Source: Escherichia coli
Lineage (GTDB): Bacteria; Pseudomonadota; Gammaproteobacteria; Enterobacterales; Enterobacteriaceae
Length of the DNA: 64,000 bases
Strand: one strand, 5' to 3'
Assembly: GCF_003790525.1 (NCBI RefSeq)
Contig: NZ_CP033635.1
Positions 9,291 through 19,946 of the stretch are shown here, in pieces. The notes beneath the pieces were generated by a model that saw only the letters and a program-made list of their open reading frames with translations, ran no database searches and was not told where the DNA came from. How positions within the stretch are numbered: position 1 is the stretch's first letter; each line of letters begins with the position of its first letter. Both the position numbers and the translations under genes were made by a program.

Positions 9291-10214
9291 TCAGGCATGC
9301 TCCAGTGAAAAATTCGGGTAGTGCTCGGCAAAATACTGGCGTAAAAATTCTACCGTTATCCGCACTTTCGCTGACGTCGCCAGCCTTGAAACATAAACGG
9401 CCCAGACGTTCGCTGGCTGGTAATATTCCGGTAGCACTTGCACTAAATGACCACTGGCAATGTTTTCGCTAACATCCCACCAGGAGCGCAGAGCAATCCC
9501 CTGCCCATCGAGACACCACTGATGGACAATTTCTCCATGATTAGACGACAGTGGGCCGGTAACTTTAATCGCATGGTGGCCTTCTTTATTGCGTAATTGC
9601 CAGACACCAAAAGGATGATCGCGCTCTTTAATGACCAGGCACGGCAATGCAGAAAGATCGGTTAAATGTTTCGGCGCGCCATGTTGCGCAATAAATTCCG
9701 GTGACGCGCAGAGAATGCGATAATTGGTCGCCAGTTTGCGGGCGATTAAATTAGGGGCGATATCATCGCCAATGCGAATATCGAGATCGACACCTTCATT
9801 GACCAAATCGACCAACCGGTCTTCCACATCAAAACGTAATTCCAGTTGCGGATACGCCTTCGCCAGCGCTGATAACGCCGGAGCCACCACCTGTCGTCCA
9901 AAACCAAAGCTGCTGATAATACGCAGCATCCCCTGTGGCACCTGACGCACGTCAGAAAGTTCGTCCATCATCTGACCGACATCCTGCAAAATCCGCTGCG
10001 CCCATTCATAAATCCGCTCTCCTTCTTCGGTAATGGTGACGCGGCGGGTGGTGCGGTGTAACAACACCACGTTTAGCGTTTGCTCCAGCAAGGCGATGCG
10101 CTTGCTGACGAACGCCGGAGAAACGCCCAATTCTTCTGCCACGGCGGCAAAACCAGCCCGGCGAGCCACCAGCATAAAGACGCGCAAATCGTTCAGCAGC
10201 GGTAAATTATTCAT
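9291..10214 (-). CDS. dmlR: LysR-family transcriptional regulator DmlR (YeaT), 307 aa
   Basis: ORF 9291..10235; ATG at 10214 (MNNLPLLNDLRVF...) gives 307 aa; N-terminal LysR HTH; divergent from dmlA. Confidence 0.92.
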   Translation of the reverse strand: MNNLPLLNDLRVFMLVARRAGFAAVAEELGVSPAFVSKRIALLEQTLNVVLLHRTTRRVTITEEGERIYEWAQRILQDVGQMMDELSDVRQVPQGMLRIISSFGFGRQVVAPALSALAKAYPQLELRFDVEDRLVDLVNEGVDLDIRIGDDIAPNLIARKLATNYRILCASPEFIAQHGAPKHLTDLSALPCLVIKERDHPFGVWQLRNKEGHHAIKVTGPLSSNHGEIVHQWCLDGQGIALRSWWDVSENIASGHLVQVLPEYYQPANVWAVYVSRLATSAKVRITVEFLRQYFAEHYPNFSLEHA

Positions 10215-10316
10215 GATTCGTGTTTTATGTTTCACCAGTTACAGGGATTAATTCCTTTTCAGTCAATTATAGGATGGTGATGTTGTCAATTTTGATGGTC
10301 AGGAAGTGAGAACCCA

Positions 10317-11402
10317 ATGATGAAAACGATCCGTATTGCTGCGATCCCGGGAGACGGGATTGGCAAAGAAGTCCTTCCTGAAGGGATTCGCGTGTTAAAG
10401 GCTGCCGCTGAGCGCTGGGGCTTCGCCTTGAGTTTTGAGCAAATGGAGTGGGCGAGCTGCGAGTATTACAGCCATCACGGTAAAATGATGCCGGACGACT
10501 GGCATGAGCAACTTAGCCGTTTCGACGCCATCTATTTTGGTGCCGTCGGCTGGCCGGATACCGTTCCGGACCATATTTCGTTGTGGGGTTCGCTGCTGAA
10601 ATTTCGTCGTGAGTTCGACCAGTACGTCAACCTGCGCCCGGTTCGTCTCTTTCCTGGCGTTCCCTGCCCGCTGGCGGGAAAACAGCCTGGCGACATCGAT
10701 TTTTACGTGGTCAGGGAAAACACCGAAGGAGAATATTCCTCGCTCGGCGGTAGAGTGAATGAAGGTACAGAGCATGAAGTCGTCATTCAGGAATCGGTAT
10801 TTACGCGTCGTGGTGTCGATCGCATTTTGCGTTATGCCTTTGAACTTGCACAAAGCCGCCCACGTAAGACGCTAACTTCTGCAACTAAATCGAACGGTTT
10901 AGCCATCAGCATGCCGTACTGGGATGAGCGAGTGGAAGCAATGGCCGAGAATTACCCGGAGATCTGCTGGGACAAGCAGCATATTGATATTCTCTGCGCG
11001 CGTTTTGTGATGCAGCCGGAACGCTTCGATGTGGTGGTGGCGTCCAATTTGTTTGGCGATATCCTTTCCGATCTTGGCCCGGCCTGCACCGGCACCATTG
11101 GCATTGCCCCATCCGCCAACCTGAATCCGGAACGCACTTTCCCGTCGCTCTTCGAGCCAGTCCACGGTTCCGCGCCGGATATCTACGGGAAAAACATTGC
11201 TAACCCTATCGCCACAATTTGGGCCGGTGCAATGATGCTCGATTTTCTCGGCAATGGCGATGAGCGTTTCCAGCAAGCGCATAACGGTATTCTGGCCGCG
11301 ATTGAAGAAGTGATTGCTCACGGGCCGAAAACACCTGATATGAAAGGCAATGCCACCACGCCACAGGTTGCCGACGCGATTTGCAAAATTATTTTGCGTT
11401 AA
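10317..11402 (+). CDS. dmlA: D-malate dehydrogenase (decarboxylating) DmlA (YeaU), 361 aa
   Basis: Full-length ORF; isocitrate/isopropylmalate/tartrate dehydrogenase family. Confidence 0.93.
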   Translation: MMKTIRIAAIPGDGIGKEVLPEGIRVLKAAAERWGFALSFEQMEWASCEYYSHHGKMMPDDWHEQLSRFDAIYFGAVGWPDTVPDHISLWGSLLKFRREFDQYVNLRPVRLFPGVPCPLAGKQPGDIDFYVVRENTEGEYSSLGGRVNEGTEHEVVIQESVFTRRGVDRILRYAFELAQSRPRKTLTSATKSNGLAISMPYWDERVEAMAENYPEICWDKQHIDILCARFVMQPERFDVVVASNLFGDILSDLGPACTGTIGIAPSANLNPERTFPSLFEPVHGSAPDIYGKNIANPIATIWAGAMMLDFLGNGDERFQQAHNGILAAIEEVIAHGPKTPDMKGNATTPQVADAICKIILR

Positions 11403-11423
11403 GGTCAAACCAGTTTATTTGAA

Positions 11424-11450
11424 CCGCGTCACTGACGCGGTTTTTTTATT
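11424..11450 (+). terminator. intrinsic terminator downstream of dmlA
   Basis: Hairpin CCGCGTC-ACTG-ACGCGG followed by TTTTTTT. Confidence 0.7.
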
Positions 11451-11652
11451 CGTTCTTTGCAGTAAATAACCTGCGTCATTTCACCTTTTATTGTTTCCGT
11501 TTCGTGTTTTATGGCTTTCCGTATTCTTAATTGTTTAATTTATGTAACATGCAAATAATCAATTTGTTAATCACGACATACAACTCATTACCCTGCAAAT
11601 AATTACAACTGGCAAAAGCCAGAGACGGGCTTTTATGCCCAGGAGATGACTC

Positions 11653-13263
11653 ATGATGAGCAATGTTAAGAAAAAAGATGTGCCGCTGATAAGCATCAGT
11701 CTGGTGGCCATTCTTTTCATCGCAGCTGCATTAAGCCTTTTCCCACAACAATCGGCCGACGCGGCCAACGCTATATACACTTTTGTTACGCGTACGTTAG
11801 GTTCCGCCGTACAGGTATTGGTTTTGCTGGCAATGGGACTGGTGATTTATTTAGCCACCAGTAAATACGGCAATATTCGTCTTGGCGAAGGAAAACCGGA
11901 ATACAGCACGCTCTCCTGGCTGTTTATGTTTATTTGTGCCGGTTTAGGTTCTTCTACGCTTTATTGGGGGGTTGCTGAATGGGCCTATTATTATCAAACA
12001 CCTGGATTAAATATCGCACCGCGTTCACAACAGGCACTCGAATTTAGCGTCCCTTACTCCTTCTTCCACTGGGGCATCAGCGCCTGGGCAACTTATACGC
12101 TGGCCTCATTAATCATGGCTTATCACTTTCATGTGCGGAAAAACAAAGGTCTGAGTCTTTCCGGCATTATTGCCGCGATTACCGGCGTTCGCCCGCAAGG
12201 CCCGTGGGGAAAACTGGTCGATTTGATGTTCCTGATCGCCACTGTCGGCGCACTGACCATTTCCCTTGTTGTCACCGCAGCAACCTTTACCCGTGGGCTT
12301 TCCGCGCTGACCGGTTTACCCGATAATTTCACCGTGCAGGCATTTGTGATCCTGCTTTCCGGCGGCATTTTTTGCCTAAGCTCATGGATTGGTATCAACA
12401 ACGGTTTGCAACGTCTGAGCAAAATGGTTGGCTGGGGCGCGTTCCTGCTGCCATTACTGGTGCTCATTGTCGGCCCAACCGAATTTATTACCAACAGCAT
12501 CATCAATGCCATCGGCCTGACCACGCAAAACTTCCTGCAAATGAGCTTATTCACCGATCCGCTTGGCGATGGTTCATTTACCCGCAACTGGACCGTTTTC
12601 TACTGGCTGTGGTGGATCTCATACACCCCTGGCGTAGCAATGTTTGTCACCCGCGTTTCCCGCGGTCGTAAGATTAAAGAAGTTATCTGGGGACTGATCC
12701 TCGGCAGCACCGTCGGTTGCTGGTTCTTCTTCGGCGTAATGGAAAGCTATGCCATTCACCAGTTTATCAATGGCGTAATCAACGTCCCACAGGTGCTGGA
12801 AACACTGGGCGGCGAGACAGCTGTGCAGCAAGTTCTGATGTCGTTGCCAGCCGGTAAATTGTTCCTCGCCGCATACCTGGGCGTGATGATTATTTTCCTT
12901 GCCTCGCATATGGATGCAGTGGCCTACACCATGGCGGCGACCAGTACGCGTAATCTCCAGGAAGGTGACGATCCTGACCGTGGGCTGCGTCTTTTCTGGT
13001 GCGTGGTAATTACCCTGATCCCGCTTTCAATTCTTTTCACTGGCGCGTCGCTGGAAACGATGAAAACCACCGTCGTACTCACAGCCCTTCCGTTCCTCGT
13101 CATTTTACTGGTGAAAGTCGGCGGATTTATTCGCTGGCTGAAACAGGATTACGCCGACATTCCGGCTCATCAAGTTGAATATTATCTCCCGCAGACACCG
13201 GTTGAAGCCCTGGAAAAAACACCAGTGCTCCCTGCGGGAACCGTATTCAAAGGCGACAACTGA
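11653..13263 (+). CDS. yeaV: BCCT-family transporter YeaV (putative carnitine/betaine transporter)
   Basis: ORF with ATG at 11653 preceded by AGGAG; BCCT family resemblance by similarity to CaiT; exact annotated start uncertain. Confidence 0.88.
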   Translation: MMSNVKKKDVPLISISLVAILFIAAALSLFPQQSADAANAIYTFVTRTLGSAVQVLVLLAMGLVIYLATSKYGNIRLGEGKPEYSTLSWLFMFICAGLGSSTLYWGVAEWAYYYQTPGLNIAPRSQQALEFSVPYSFFHWGISAWATYTLASLIMAYHFHVRKNKGLSLSGIIAAITGVRPQGPWGKLVDLMFLIATVGALTISLVVTAATFTRGLSALTGLPDNFTVQAFVILLSGGIFCLSSWIGINNGLQRLSKMVGWGAFLLPLLVLIVGPTEFITNSIINAIGLTTQNFLQMSLFTDPLGDGSFTRNWTVFYWLWWISYTPGVAMFVTRVSRGRKIKEVIWGLILGSTVGCWFFFGVMESYAIHQFINGVINVPQVLETLGGETAVQQVLMSLPAGKLFLAAYLGVMIIFLASHMDAVAYTMAATSTRNLQEGDDPDRGLRLFWCVVITLIPLSILFTGASLETMKTTVVLTALPFLVILLVKVGGFIRWLKQDYADIPAHQVEYYLPQTPVEALEKTPVLPAGTVFKGDN

Positions 13264-13294
13264 GCGCCATCATCCTAACGATAAAGGTATCCCT

Positions 13295-14419
13295 ATGAGC
13301 AATCTGAGCCCTGACTTTGTACTACCCGAAAATTTTTGCGCTAACCCGCAAGAGGCGTGGACCATTCCTGCCCGTTTTTATACCGATCAGAACGCCTTTG
13401 AACACGAAAAAGAGAGCGTCTTCGCCAAAAGCTGGATTTGCGTCGCTCACAGCAGCGAACTGGCGAATGCCAATGATTATGTGACGCGTGAGATCATTGG
13501 CGAAAGCATTGTGCTGGTACGCGGTCGTGATAAGGTTTTGCGCGCGTTCTATAACGTGTGTCCGCACCGTGGTCATCAGTTGTTGAGCGGTGAAGGAAAA
13601 GCGAAAAATGTGATTACCTGCCCATATCACGCATGGGCATTCAAACTCGATGGCAACCTGGCCCATGCACGTAACTGCGAAAACGTCGCCAATTTCGATA
13701 GCGACAAAGCGCAACTGGTTCCGGTGCGTCTGGAAGAATATGCCGGATTCGTCTTCATCAACATGGACCCTAACGCCACCAGCGTAGAAGATCAGTTACC
13801 CGGTCTGGGGGCGAAAGTGCTGGAAGCCTGCCCGGAAGTCCACGACCTGAAACTGGCGGCCCGCTTTACCACCCGCACGCCTGCCAACTGGAAGAACATT
13901 GTCGATAACTATCTCGAGTGCTATCACTGTGGTCCGGCGCATCCAGGTTTCTCCGACTCCGTACAGGTTGATCGTTACTGGCACACCATGCACGGTAACT
14001 GGACGCTGCAATACGGTTTCGCCAAACCGTCCGAACAGTCTTTCAAATTCGAAGAGGGCACGGATGCGGCATTCCACGGTTTCTGGCTGTGGCCGTGCAC
14101 GATGCTGAACGTCACCCCAATCAAAGGGATGATGACGGCCATTTATGAATTCCCAGTGGATTCTGAAACTACCCTGCAAAACTACGATATTTACTTCACC
14201 AATGAAGAGTTAACCGACGAGCAAAAATCGCTGATTGAGTGGTATCGCGATGTGTTCCGTCCGGAAGATTTACGTCTGGTTGAAAGCGTACAGAAAGGGC
14301 TGAAATCGCGTGGCTATCGTGGTCAGGGGCGCATCATGGCCGACAGTAGCGGTAGCGGAATTTCCGAACATGGTATCGCCCATTTCCATAATCTGCTGGC
14401 GCAGGTGTTTAAGGACTAA
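13295..14419 (+). CDS. yeaW: carnitine monooxygenase oxygenase subunit YeaW (CntA-like Rieske protein), 374 aa
   Basis: ORF 13175..14419; ATG at 13295 gives 374 aa; Rieske motif CPHRGH...CPYHAW present. Confidence 0.92.
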   Translation: MSNLSPDFVLPENFCANPQEAWTIPARFYTDQNAFEHEKESVFAKSWICVAHSSELANANDYVTREIIGESIVLVRGRDKVLRAFYNVCPHRGHQLLSGEGKAKNVITCPYHAWAFKLDGNLAHARNCENVANFDSDKAQLVPVRLEEYAGFVFINMDPNATSVEDQLPGLGAKVLEACPEVHDLKLAARFTTRTPANWKNIVDNYLECYHCGPAHPGFSDSVQVDRYWHTMHGNWTLQYGFAKPSEQSFKFEEGTDAAFHGFWLWPCTMLNVTPIKGMMTAIYEFPVDSETTLQNYDIYFTNEELTDEQKSLIEWYRDVFRPEDLRLVESVQKGLKSRGYRGQGRIMADSSGSGISEHGIAHFHNLLAQVFKD

Positions 14420-14474
14420 TGACATCAGCGGCGGTATTTTCCGCCGCTGGGCTGATTTTTGATGGAGTACAGCA

Positions 14475-15440
14475 ATGTCAGACTATCAAATGTTTGAAGT
14501 ACAGGTGAACCAAATTGAACCGCTTACCGAACAGGTGAAACGCTTCACGCTGGTGGCAACCGATGGCAAACCATTACCTGCGTTTACCGGAGGAAGTCAC
14601 GTCATTGTGCAGATGAGCGATGGTGATAACGAGTACAGCAATGCGTATTCACTACTGAGTTCGCCGCATGACACCTCTTGTTATCAGATTGCCGTTCGGC
14701 TGGAGGAAAACTCGCGCGGCGGTTCCCGCTTTTTGCATCAGCAGGTAAAAGTGGGCGATCGGTTAACGATTTCAACGCCTAATAACCTGTTTGCGCTAAT
14801 TCCCTCGGCCAGAAAGCATCTGTTTATCGCGGGAGGCATTGGTATCACCCCTTTCCTGTCGCACCTGGCAGAGATGCAATACAGCGACGTCGACTGGCAG
14901 TTACATTACTGCTCACGAAATCCAGAAAGTTGCGCATTTCGTGATGAGCTAGTCCAGCATCCGCAGGCTGAGAAAGTTCATTTTCATCACTCATCAACCG
15001 GAACACGACTGGAATTAGCGCGATTATTGACGGATATCGAACCTGGCACACATGTTTATACCTGTGGCCCCGAGGCGCTAAATGAGGCGGTAAGAAGTGA
15101 AGCTGCGCGTCTGGACATCGCCGTCGATACGATGCACTTTGAACAATTTGCGATTGAAGACAAAACCGGCGATGCATTTACCCTGGTGCTTGCCCGTTCC
15201 GGTAAAGAGTTTGTGGTGCCGGAAGAGATGACTATTTTGCAGGTTATTGAAAATAATAAAGCAGCGAAAGTGGAATGTTTATGTCGTGAAGGGGTATGCG
15301 GAACCTGCGAAACGGCAATACTGGAAGGTGAAGCTGACCATCGGGATCAGTATTTTAGCGATGAAGAGCGTGCCAGCCAGCAAAGTATGTTGATCTGTTG
15401 TTCGCGCGCGAAGGGTAAACGCCTGGTGTTGGATTTGTAG
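14475..15440 (+). CDS. yeaX: carnitine monooxygenase reductase subunit YeaX (CntB-like), 321 aa
   Basis: Full-length ORF; plant-type 2Fe-2S cysteine cluster (CREGVCGTCE) and FNR-like flavin/NAD domain. Confidence 0.92.
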   Translation: MSDYQMFEVQVNQIEPLTEQVKRFTLVATDGKPLPAFTGGSHVIVQMSDGDNEYSNAYSLLSSPHDTSCYQIAVRLEENSRGGSRFLHQQVKVGDRLTISTPNNLFALIPSARKHLFIAGGIGITPFLSHLAEMQYSDVDWQLHYCSRNPESCAFRDELVQHPQAEKVHFHHSSTGTRLELARLLTDIEPGTHVYTCGPEALNEAVRSEAARLDIAVDTMHFEQFAIEDKTGDAFTLVLARSGKEFVVPEEMTILQVIENNKAAKVECLCREGVCGTCETAILEGEADHRDQYFSDEERASQQSMLICCSRAKGKRLVLDL

Positions 15441-15443
15441 TTT

Positions 15444-15481
15444 GCCGAAGCCGGACTGAGCGCGCTCAGTCCGGCTTCGGA
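15444..15481. terminator. long perfect palindrome between convergent yeaX and rnd (probable bidirectional terminator)
   Basis: GCCGAAGCCGGACTGAGCGCGCTCAGTCCGGCTTCGG, about 18-bp perfect arms, in the 46-bp gap between the two stop codons. Confidence 0.6.
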
Positions 15482-15486
15482 AGATT

Positions 15487-16614
15487 TTACTGCGGATATT
15501 CCTGCAATAAATTGTGTAATGCTTCCGCCATCAGCTCACCACGCCAGCCGGAAATCAGCTCCGGCAAATTGTTCTGCGGTTTCAGTTTCCAGTGCCAGTT
15601 CAGCAGTTGGTTGATTTGCCGACGCGATGCCAGCAATTCGGCGCTGATCTTGTGCGTTTCGCTCACGTCAGTAATCAGCGACTTAATCGCTTTAAACGCT
15701 TTACGATAACCCGGCATGTCCATCAGGTTAAGCATCGGCTGCGGTAAGGCCTCTTCCGGCAATGTCTGCGCTTTTTCCACCAGCGCCAGCAGCGTTTTAC
15801 CGTGAAAGCGGATTTCGCTACCGGATAAACCCAGGCTGTCCAGTTCGCCTAAACTTCCCGGCATATAACGCGCTACAGACCACAAATGCTCTTCACGCAC
15901 GACAAAGTTCACTGCCAGATCGCGCTCCCGCGCCTTGCGCAGTCGCCAATCGGCTAACAGTTGCAGACAGGCCAGTTGGCGTGTGCGTAACTGCCAGGCA
16001 TTGGTGATATCACGCCAGGCATCTTCCGGCGCAACGACTTCCTGACGACGCATTTGCATCAGGCGGCATTCATCCAGCGCCGCAGGTAGCCAGCCGGAGG
16101 CCTCCGTTTCTACCATAAGCTTGGCGGTGATCGGTAACAAATACCAGACATCCGCCGCTGCGTATTCACACTGACGTTCGGTCAGCGGTCTGGCCAGCCA
16201 GTCGGTGCGCGATTCACTCTTGTCCAGCGTAACGCCGGAATACTCTTCCACCATGGAAGCAAAACCCCATGACATCGGGCGTCCGCAGAAGGCAGCAAGG
16301 ATTTGCGTGTCAATCAGGGGTTGTGGTAATTCGCCAAAGACATTGAGGAACACTTCCAGATCTTCACTGCCCGCATGGAGAAATTTTGTGATGGACGGAT
16401 CGCGCAGGATCGCTTTCAGTGGTGACCAGTCGGAGATCCCGAGAGGATCAATTAGCGCCAGATGCTCACCATCAAAAAGTTGAATTAGACCTAGCTGCGG
16501 GTAATAGGTGCGCGTACGAACAAATTCAGTATCCAGGGCTATCGCCGGAAAGGCACGGACGGCTTCACACAAAGAAGCCAGCGCATCGTCCGTGGTAATC
16601 ATTTGGTAATTCAA
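15487..16614 (-). CDS. rnd: ribonuclease D, 375 aa
   Basis: Full-length ORF; MNYQMITTDDALASL...; start codon is TTG (plus-strand CAA at 16612..16614), as known for rnd. Confidence 0.95.
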   Translation of the reverse strand: MNYQMITTDDALASLCEAVRAFPAIALDTEFVRTRTYYPQLGLIQLFDGEHLALIDPLGISDWSPLKAILRDPSITKFLHAGSEDLEVFLNVFGELPQPLIDTQILAAFCGRPMSWGFASMVEEYSGVTLDKSESRTDWLARPLTERQCEYAAADVWYLLPITAKLMVETEASGWLPAALDECRLMQMRRQEVVAPEDAWRDITNAWQLRTRQLACLQLLADWRLRKARERDLAVNFVVREEHLWSVARYMPGSLGELDSLGLSGSEIRFHGKTLLALVEKAQTLPEEALPQPMLNLMDMPGYRKAFKAIKSLITDVSETHKISAELLASRRQINQLLNWHWKLKPQNNLPELISGWRGELMAEALHNLLQEYPQ

Positions 16615-16635
16615 ATTGTATTCTCTTTAGTGGGC

Positions 16636-16663
16636 GTCAAAAAAAACGCCGGATTAACCGGCG
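16636..16663 (-). terminator. intrinsic terminator downstream of fadD
   Basis: Minus strand ACGCCGG-TTAAT-CCGGCGT followed by TTTTTTTT. Confidence 0.7.
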
Positions 16664-16683
16664 TCTGACGACTGACTTAACGC

Positions 16684-18369
16684 TCAGGCTTTATTGTCCA
16701 CTTTGCCGCGCGCTTCGTCACGTAATTCTCGTCGCAAAATTTTTCCGACGTTAGATTTCGGTAACTCATCACGAAACTCCACCAGCTTCGGTACTTTGTA
16801 GCCCGTGAGCTGACGGCGGCAAAAAGTCACCAGTGACTCTTCGGTAAGCGATGGATCTTTTTTCACAACGAAGATTTTCACCGCTTCACCACTAGAGCCG
16901 GAAGGTACGCCAACAGCCGCGACTTCCTGTACGCCAGGATGCTGCATGACGACATCTTCAATCTCGTTGGGATAGACGTTAAAACCGGAAACCAGAATCA
17001 TGTCTTTTTTACGATCGACAATGCGCAGGAATCCTTCTTCATCCATCACCGCGATGTCGCCGGTGTGTAACCAGCCATTTTTGATGATTTCATCGGTAGC
17101 ATCCGGACGCTGCCAGTAACCCAGCATCACCTGCGGTCCTTTGACACAAAGCTCACCTGGTTGACCAGGTGGTACTTCATTATCATCATCATCCACCAGT
17201 TTGGCTTCCGTCGACGGCACCGGCAAACCGATGCTACCACTATGATAATCAATATCATACGGGTTAACGCTCACCAGCGGCGCACACTCGGTCAGGCCAT
17301 AACCTTCCAGCAGATACTGTCCAGTCAGTTTCACCCAACGTTCTGCCACCACTTGCTGAACAGGCATCCCTCCGCCTGCGGAAAGATGCAGACTGGAGAA
17401 ATCCAGCTGCTGGAACTCTTTATTGTTCAGCAACGCATTGAACAAGGTGTTAACGCCAGTGATAGCGGTAAACGGATATTTCGCTAACTCTTTTACCAAC
17501 CCTGGAATATCGCGCGGGTTAGTGATAAGCAGGTTCTGCCCCCCCAGTTCGATAAACAGCAGGCAGTTAATGGTCAGTGCAAAAATGTGATACAGCGGCA
17601 GCGCCGTCACCACCAGCTCTTTGCCCGGATGCAACAGCGGACCATAGGTCGCGTTAACCTGTTCCAGGTTCGCCAGCATATTGCGGTGAGTCAGCATCGC
17701 GCCTTTCGCCACACCAGTGGTACCGCCGGTGTATTGCAGGAAAGCTAAATCTTCCGGCACCAGTTCGGGTTTGACGTACTGCATCCGGTAGCCGTTGTGC
17801 AGGGCGCTACGAAATGAAATGGCATCTGGCAGATGGTATTTCGGCACCAGACGCTTGATGTATTTAACAACGAAATTGACTACCGTGCCTTTTGCCGTAG
17901 ATAGCTGATCGCCCATACGGGTCAGAATTACGTGCTGAACGGCGGTTTTATCAACCACTTTTTCCAGAGTGTGGGCAAAGTTAGACACGATAACAATCGC
18001 CGATGCGCCGCTATCGTTAAGCTGATGCTCAAGTTCACGCGGGGTATACAACGGGTTAACGTTTACGACAATCATCCCGGCACGCAAAATGCCAAACAGC
18101 GCCACCGGATATTGCAATAAATTAGGCATCATCAACGCAACGCGATCGCCTTTCTTCAGTCCCAACCCTTGTTGCAAATAAGCGGCAAACGCGCGACTGC
18201 GTTCTTCCAGTTTGCGGAAGGTCATCACCTCCCCCATATTCACAAACGCGGGTTGATCGGCGTAGCGCGCGACCGACTGCTCAAACATATCTACCAGAGA
18301 TTGATAACGGTCAGGGTTGATCTCCGTCGGAACGTCCGCGGGATAACGGTTAAGCCAAACCTTCTTCAA
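16684..18369 (-). CDS. fadD: long-chain-fatty-acid--CoA ligase FadD, 561 aa
   Basis: ORF 16684..18435; the 561-aa product begins [33 protein letters not shown]..., implying a TTG start at 18369; AMP-binding motifs present. Confidence 0.93.
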
Positions 18370-18441
18370 TTCTTCACCTCTAAAATGCGTGTTCGTCGTC
18401 ATCGCAACCCCAAATGATATACATGCCGTTAACATAATATT

Positions 18442-18458
18442 AACTCATCATACCAGCT
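18442..18458 (-). promoter_or_regulatory. putative FadR operator upstream of fadD
   Basis: Minus-strand AGCTGGTATGATGAGTT resembles the FadR consensus (AGCTGGTCCGACCTATACT type). Confidence 0.45.
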
Positions 18459-18573
18459 TGATAATTACCCAACGAAAAGGTTGCGAAGCGCGTCACTATT
18501 TATTTTTATCTTTACCGTAAGAATGCAGAAACAGCGGACCAGCCGCTGTTTCTTTTTCTTTAAAAACAAGCAA

Positions 18574-19155
18574 TTATTCAGTTACAACAGTTTGTACTCT
18601 CGCGGGGCCGGGATTATACCAGCCCCATCCACCGTAGCCATAGGGCCAGCCACGACCGCCATAAAACCATGGATCAATCGGCTGAGGCGGCATAATCACC
18701 TGCTGGGTTAAATGCCAACGTTTGTAACCTGTTGCCTGCATCACCATAAATTTATAGGGCGTGTTGCCGATTTTTCCGTCAACCGTACCGGTGATTGGCC
18801 CGACAACTGTCACCAGCTGCCCACGGAAATCGACCGGATCAAGAAAACCATTCACATCGGCATAAATGCGACCGCGAGAAGGTTCTCCCAGCGTCGGTCT
18901 GGCTCCGCTGTCCAGTGGTACGGTGGCAATTTCCAGGCGGGTTTTCCCTTGCTGGTTTTGTACCGCAACCACTTTGCCACCAAAGCGTGCCTCCTGACCA
19001 ACGTACAGCTGCGGCGCACTCATCACCCGAACTAAATCTTGTTGCGGCGTGGGACTGCTGCCTTTAATGGCGTCCGGCACAGTAACACAACCGCTGAGCA
19101 TTAGCGCAAACGTACCTGCCAGTATGCCTTTGATAACTTTCTTTTGAACCGCCAT
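18574..19155 (-). CDS. yeaY: Slp-family outer membrane lipoprotein YeaY, 193 aa
   Basis: Full-length ORF; signal peptide with lipobox (LMLSGC). Confidence 0.92.
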   Translation of the reverse strand: MAVQKKVIKGILAGTFALMLSGCVTVPDAIKGSSPTPQQDLVRVMSAPQLYVGQEARFGGKVVAVQNQQGKTRLEIATVPLDSGARPTLGEPSRGRIYADVNGFLDPVDFRGQLVTVVGPITGTVDGKIGNTPYKFMVMQATGYKRWHLTQQVIMPPQPIDPWFYGGRGWPYGYGGWGWYNPGPARVQTVVTE

Positions 19156-19193
19156 GATGCGACTCCTTTTTTCTCAGGGCATACTCTTAAGAT

Positions 19194-19889
19194 TCATTCT
19201 TTGCCCGGAAGTTTCTTCCATGCGACGTTGTTACGTAAATAAACCGGTTCGGCATGTTCCACCGCCACCGTTTTACCCTCGGCAAACATCTGACACGCAA
19301 TCGGCAGCATATCTTCGGCGGCAGGCAGTAACACATCGCCATCGCGCAGGGCCAACCCGCTCTCTTTACCGAGATCCGGCCAGGCTTGCCAGCCCGTACC
19401 CACGGTTACCCATTCGCCGGAAAGCTGTTGCAACCGTTCATGAACGAGTCCTGGTTTCAGTACGGCTTCTGTTTCTTCGCCGTGCCAGACGCCGTTTTCA
19501 TCGCGCTGATATTCGGCCCAGTAAACTTCCCCCATTCGCGCGTCAATGGCTGCCAGCACGCGGGTTGCGCCGTTTTTGCGCCACGCCCCTTGCGCCATGG
19601 TCATGAGCGTGGAAACGCCAATCATGGGCAGATCCGCGCCAAGCGCCAGCCCCTGCGCAATACCAATACCAATGCGCACGCCGGTAAAGCTACCGGGGCC
19701 GCGCCCGTATGCCAGAGCATTTATGTCAGTCAGGGAAGTTCCGCTGGTGGTCAGGATATCCTGCACCATCGGTAAAATTCGTTGAGTATGTTCACGAGGG
19801 CAAAGCTCAAAATGAGCGTTGACAGTACCGTCGTTCCACAGGGCGACAGAGCAGGCCTCTGTCGCGGTATCGATAGCCAGAATTCGCAT
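19194..19889 (-). CDS. tsaB: tRNA threonylcarbamoyladenosine biosynthesis protein TsaB (YeaZ), 231 aa
   Basis: Full-length ORF; [17 protein letters not shown]... Kae1/TsaD-like fold partner. Confidence 0.95.
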   Translation of the reverse strand: MRILAIDTATEACSVALWNDGTVNAHFELCPREHTQRILPMVQDILTTSGTSLTDINALAYGRGPGSFTGVRIGIGIAQGLALGADLPMIGVSTLMTMAQGAWRKNGATRVLAAIDARMGEVYWAEYQRDENGVWHGEETEAVLKPGLVHERLQQLSGEWVTVGTGWQAWPDLGKESGLALRDGDVLLPAAEDMLPIACQMFAEGKTVAVEHAEPVYLRNNVAWKKLPGKE

Positions 19890-19946
19890 GGGTCTTCGTG
19901 CTTAGATCAATAAAAAGGCGCGCATCATACCATACTCCGTAACAAA

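Noticed and set aside
10395-11408. Minus-strand ORFs (152 aa, 169 aa and smaller) inside dmlA; comparable antisense ORFs inside yeaV, yeaW, fadD, yoaA, sdaA, yoaE, manX/manY, prc, ptrB and edd
   Set aside because: They lie entirely antisense to strongly supported conserved genes, have no RBS or recognisable domains, and are typical shadow ORFs of GC-rich coding sequence.
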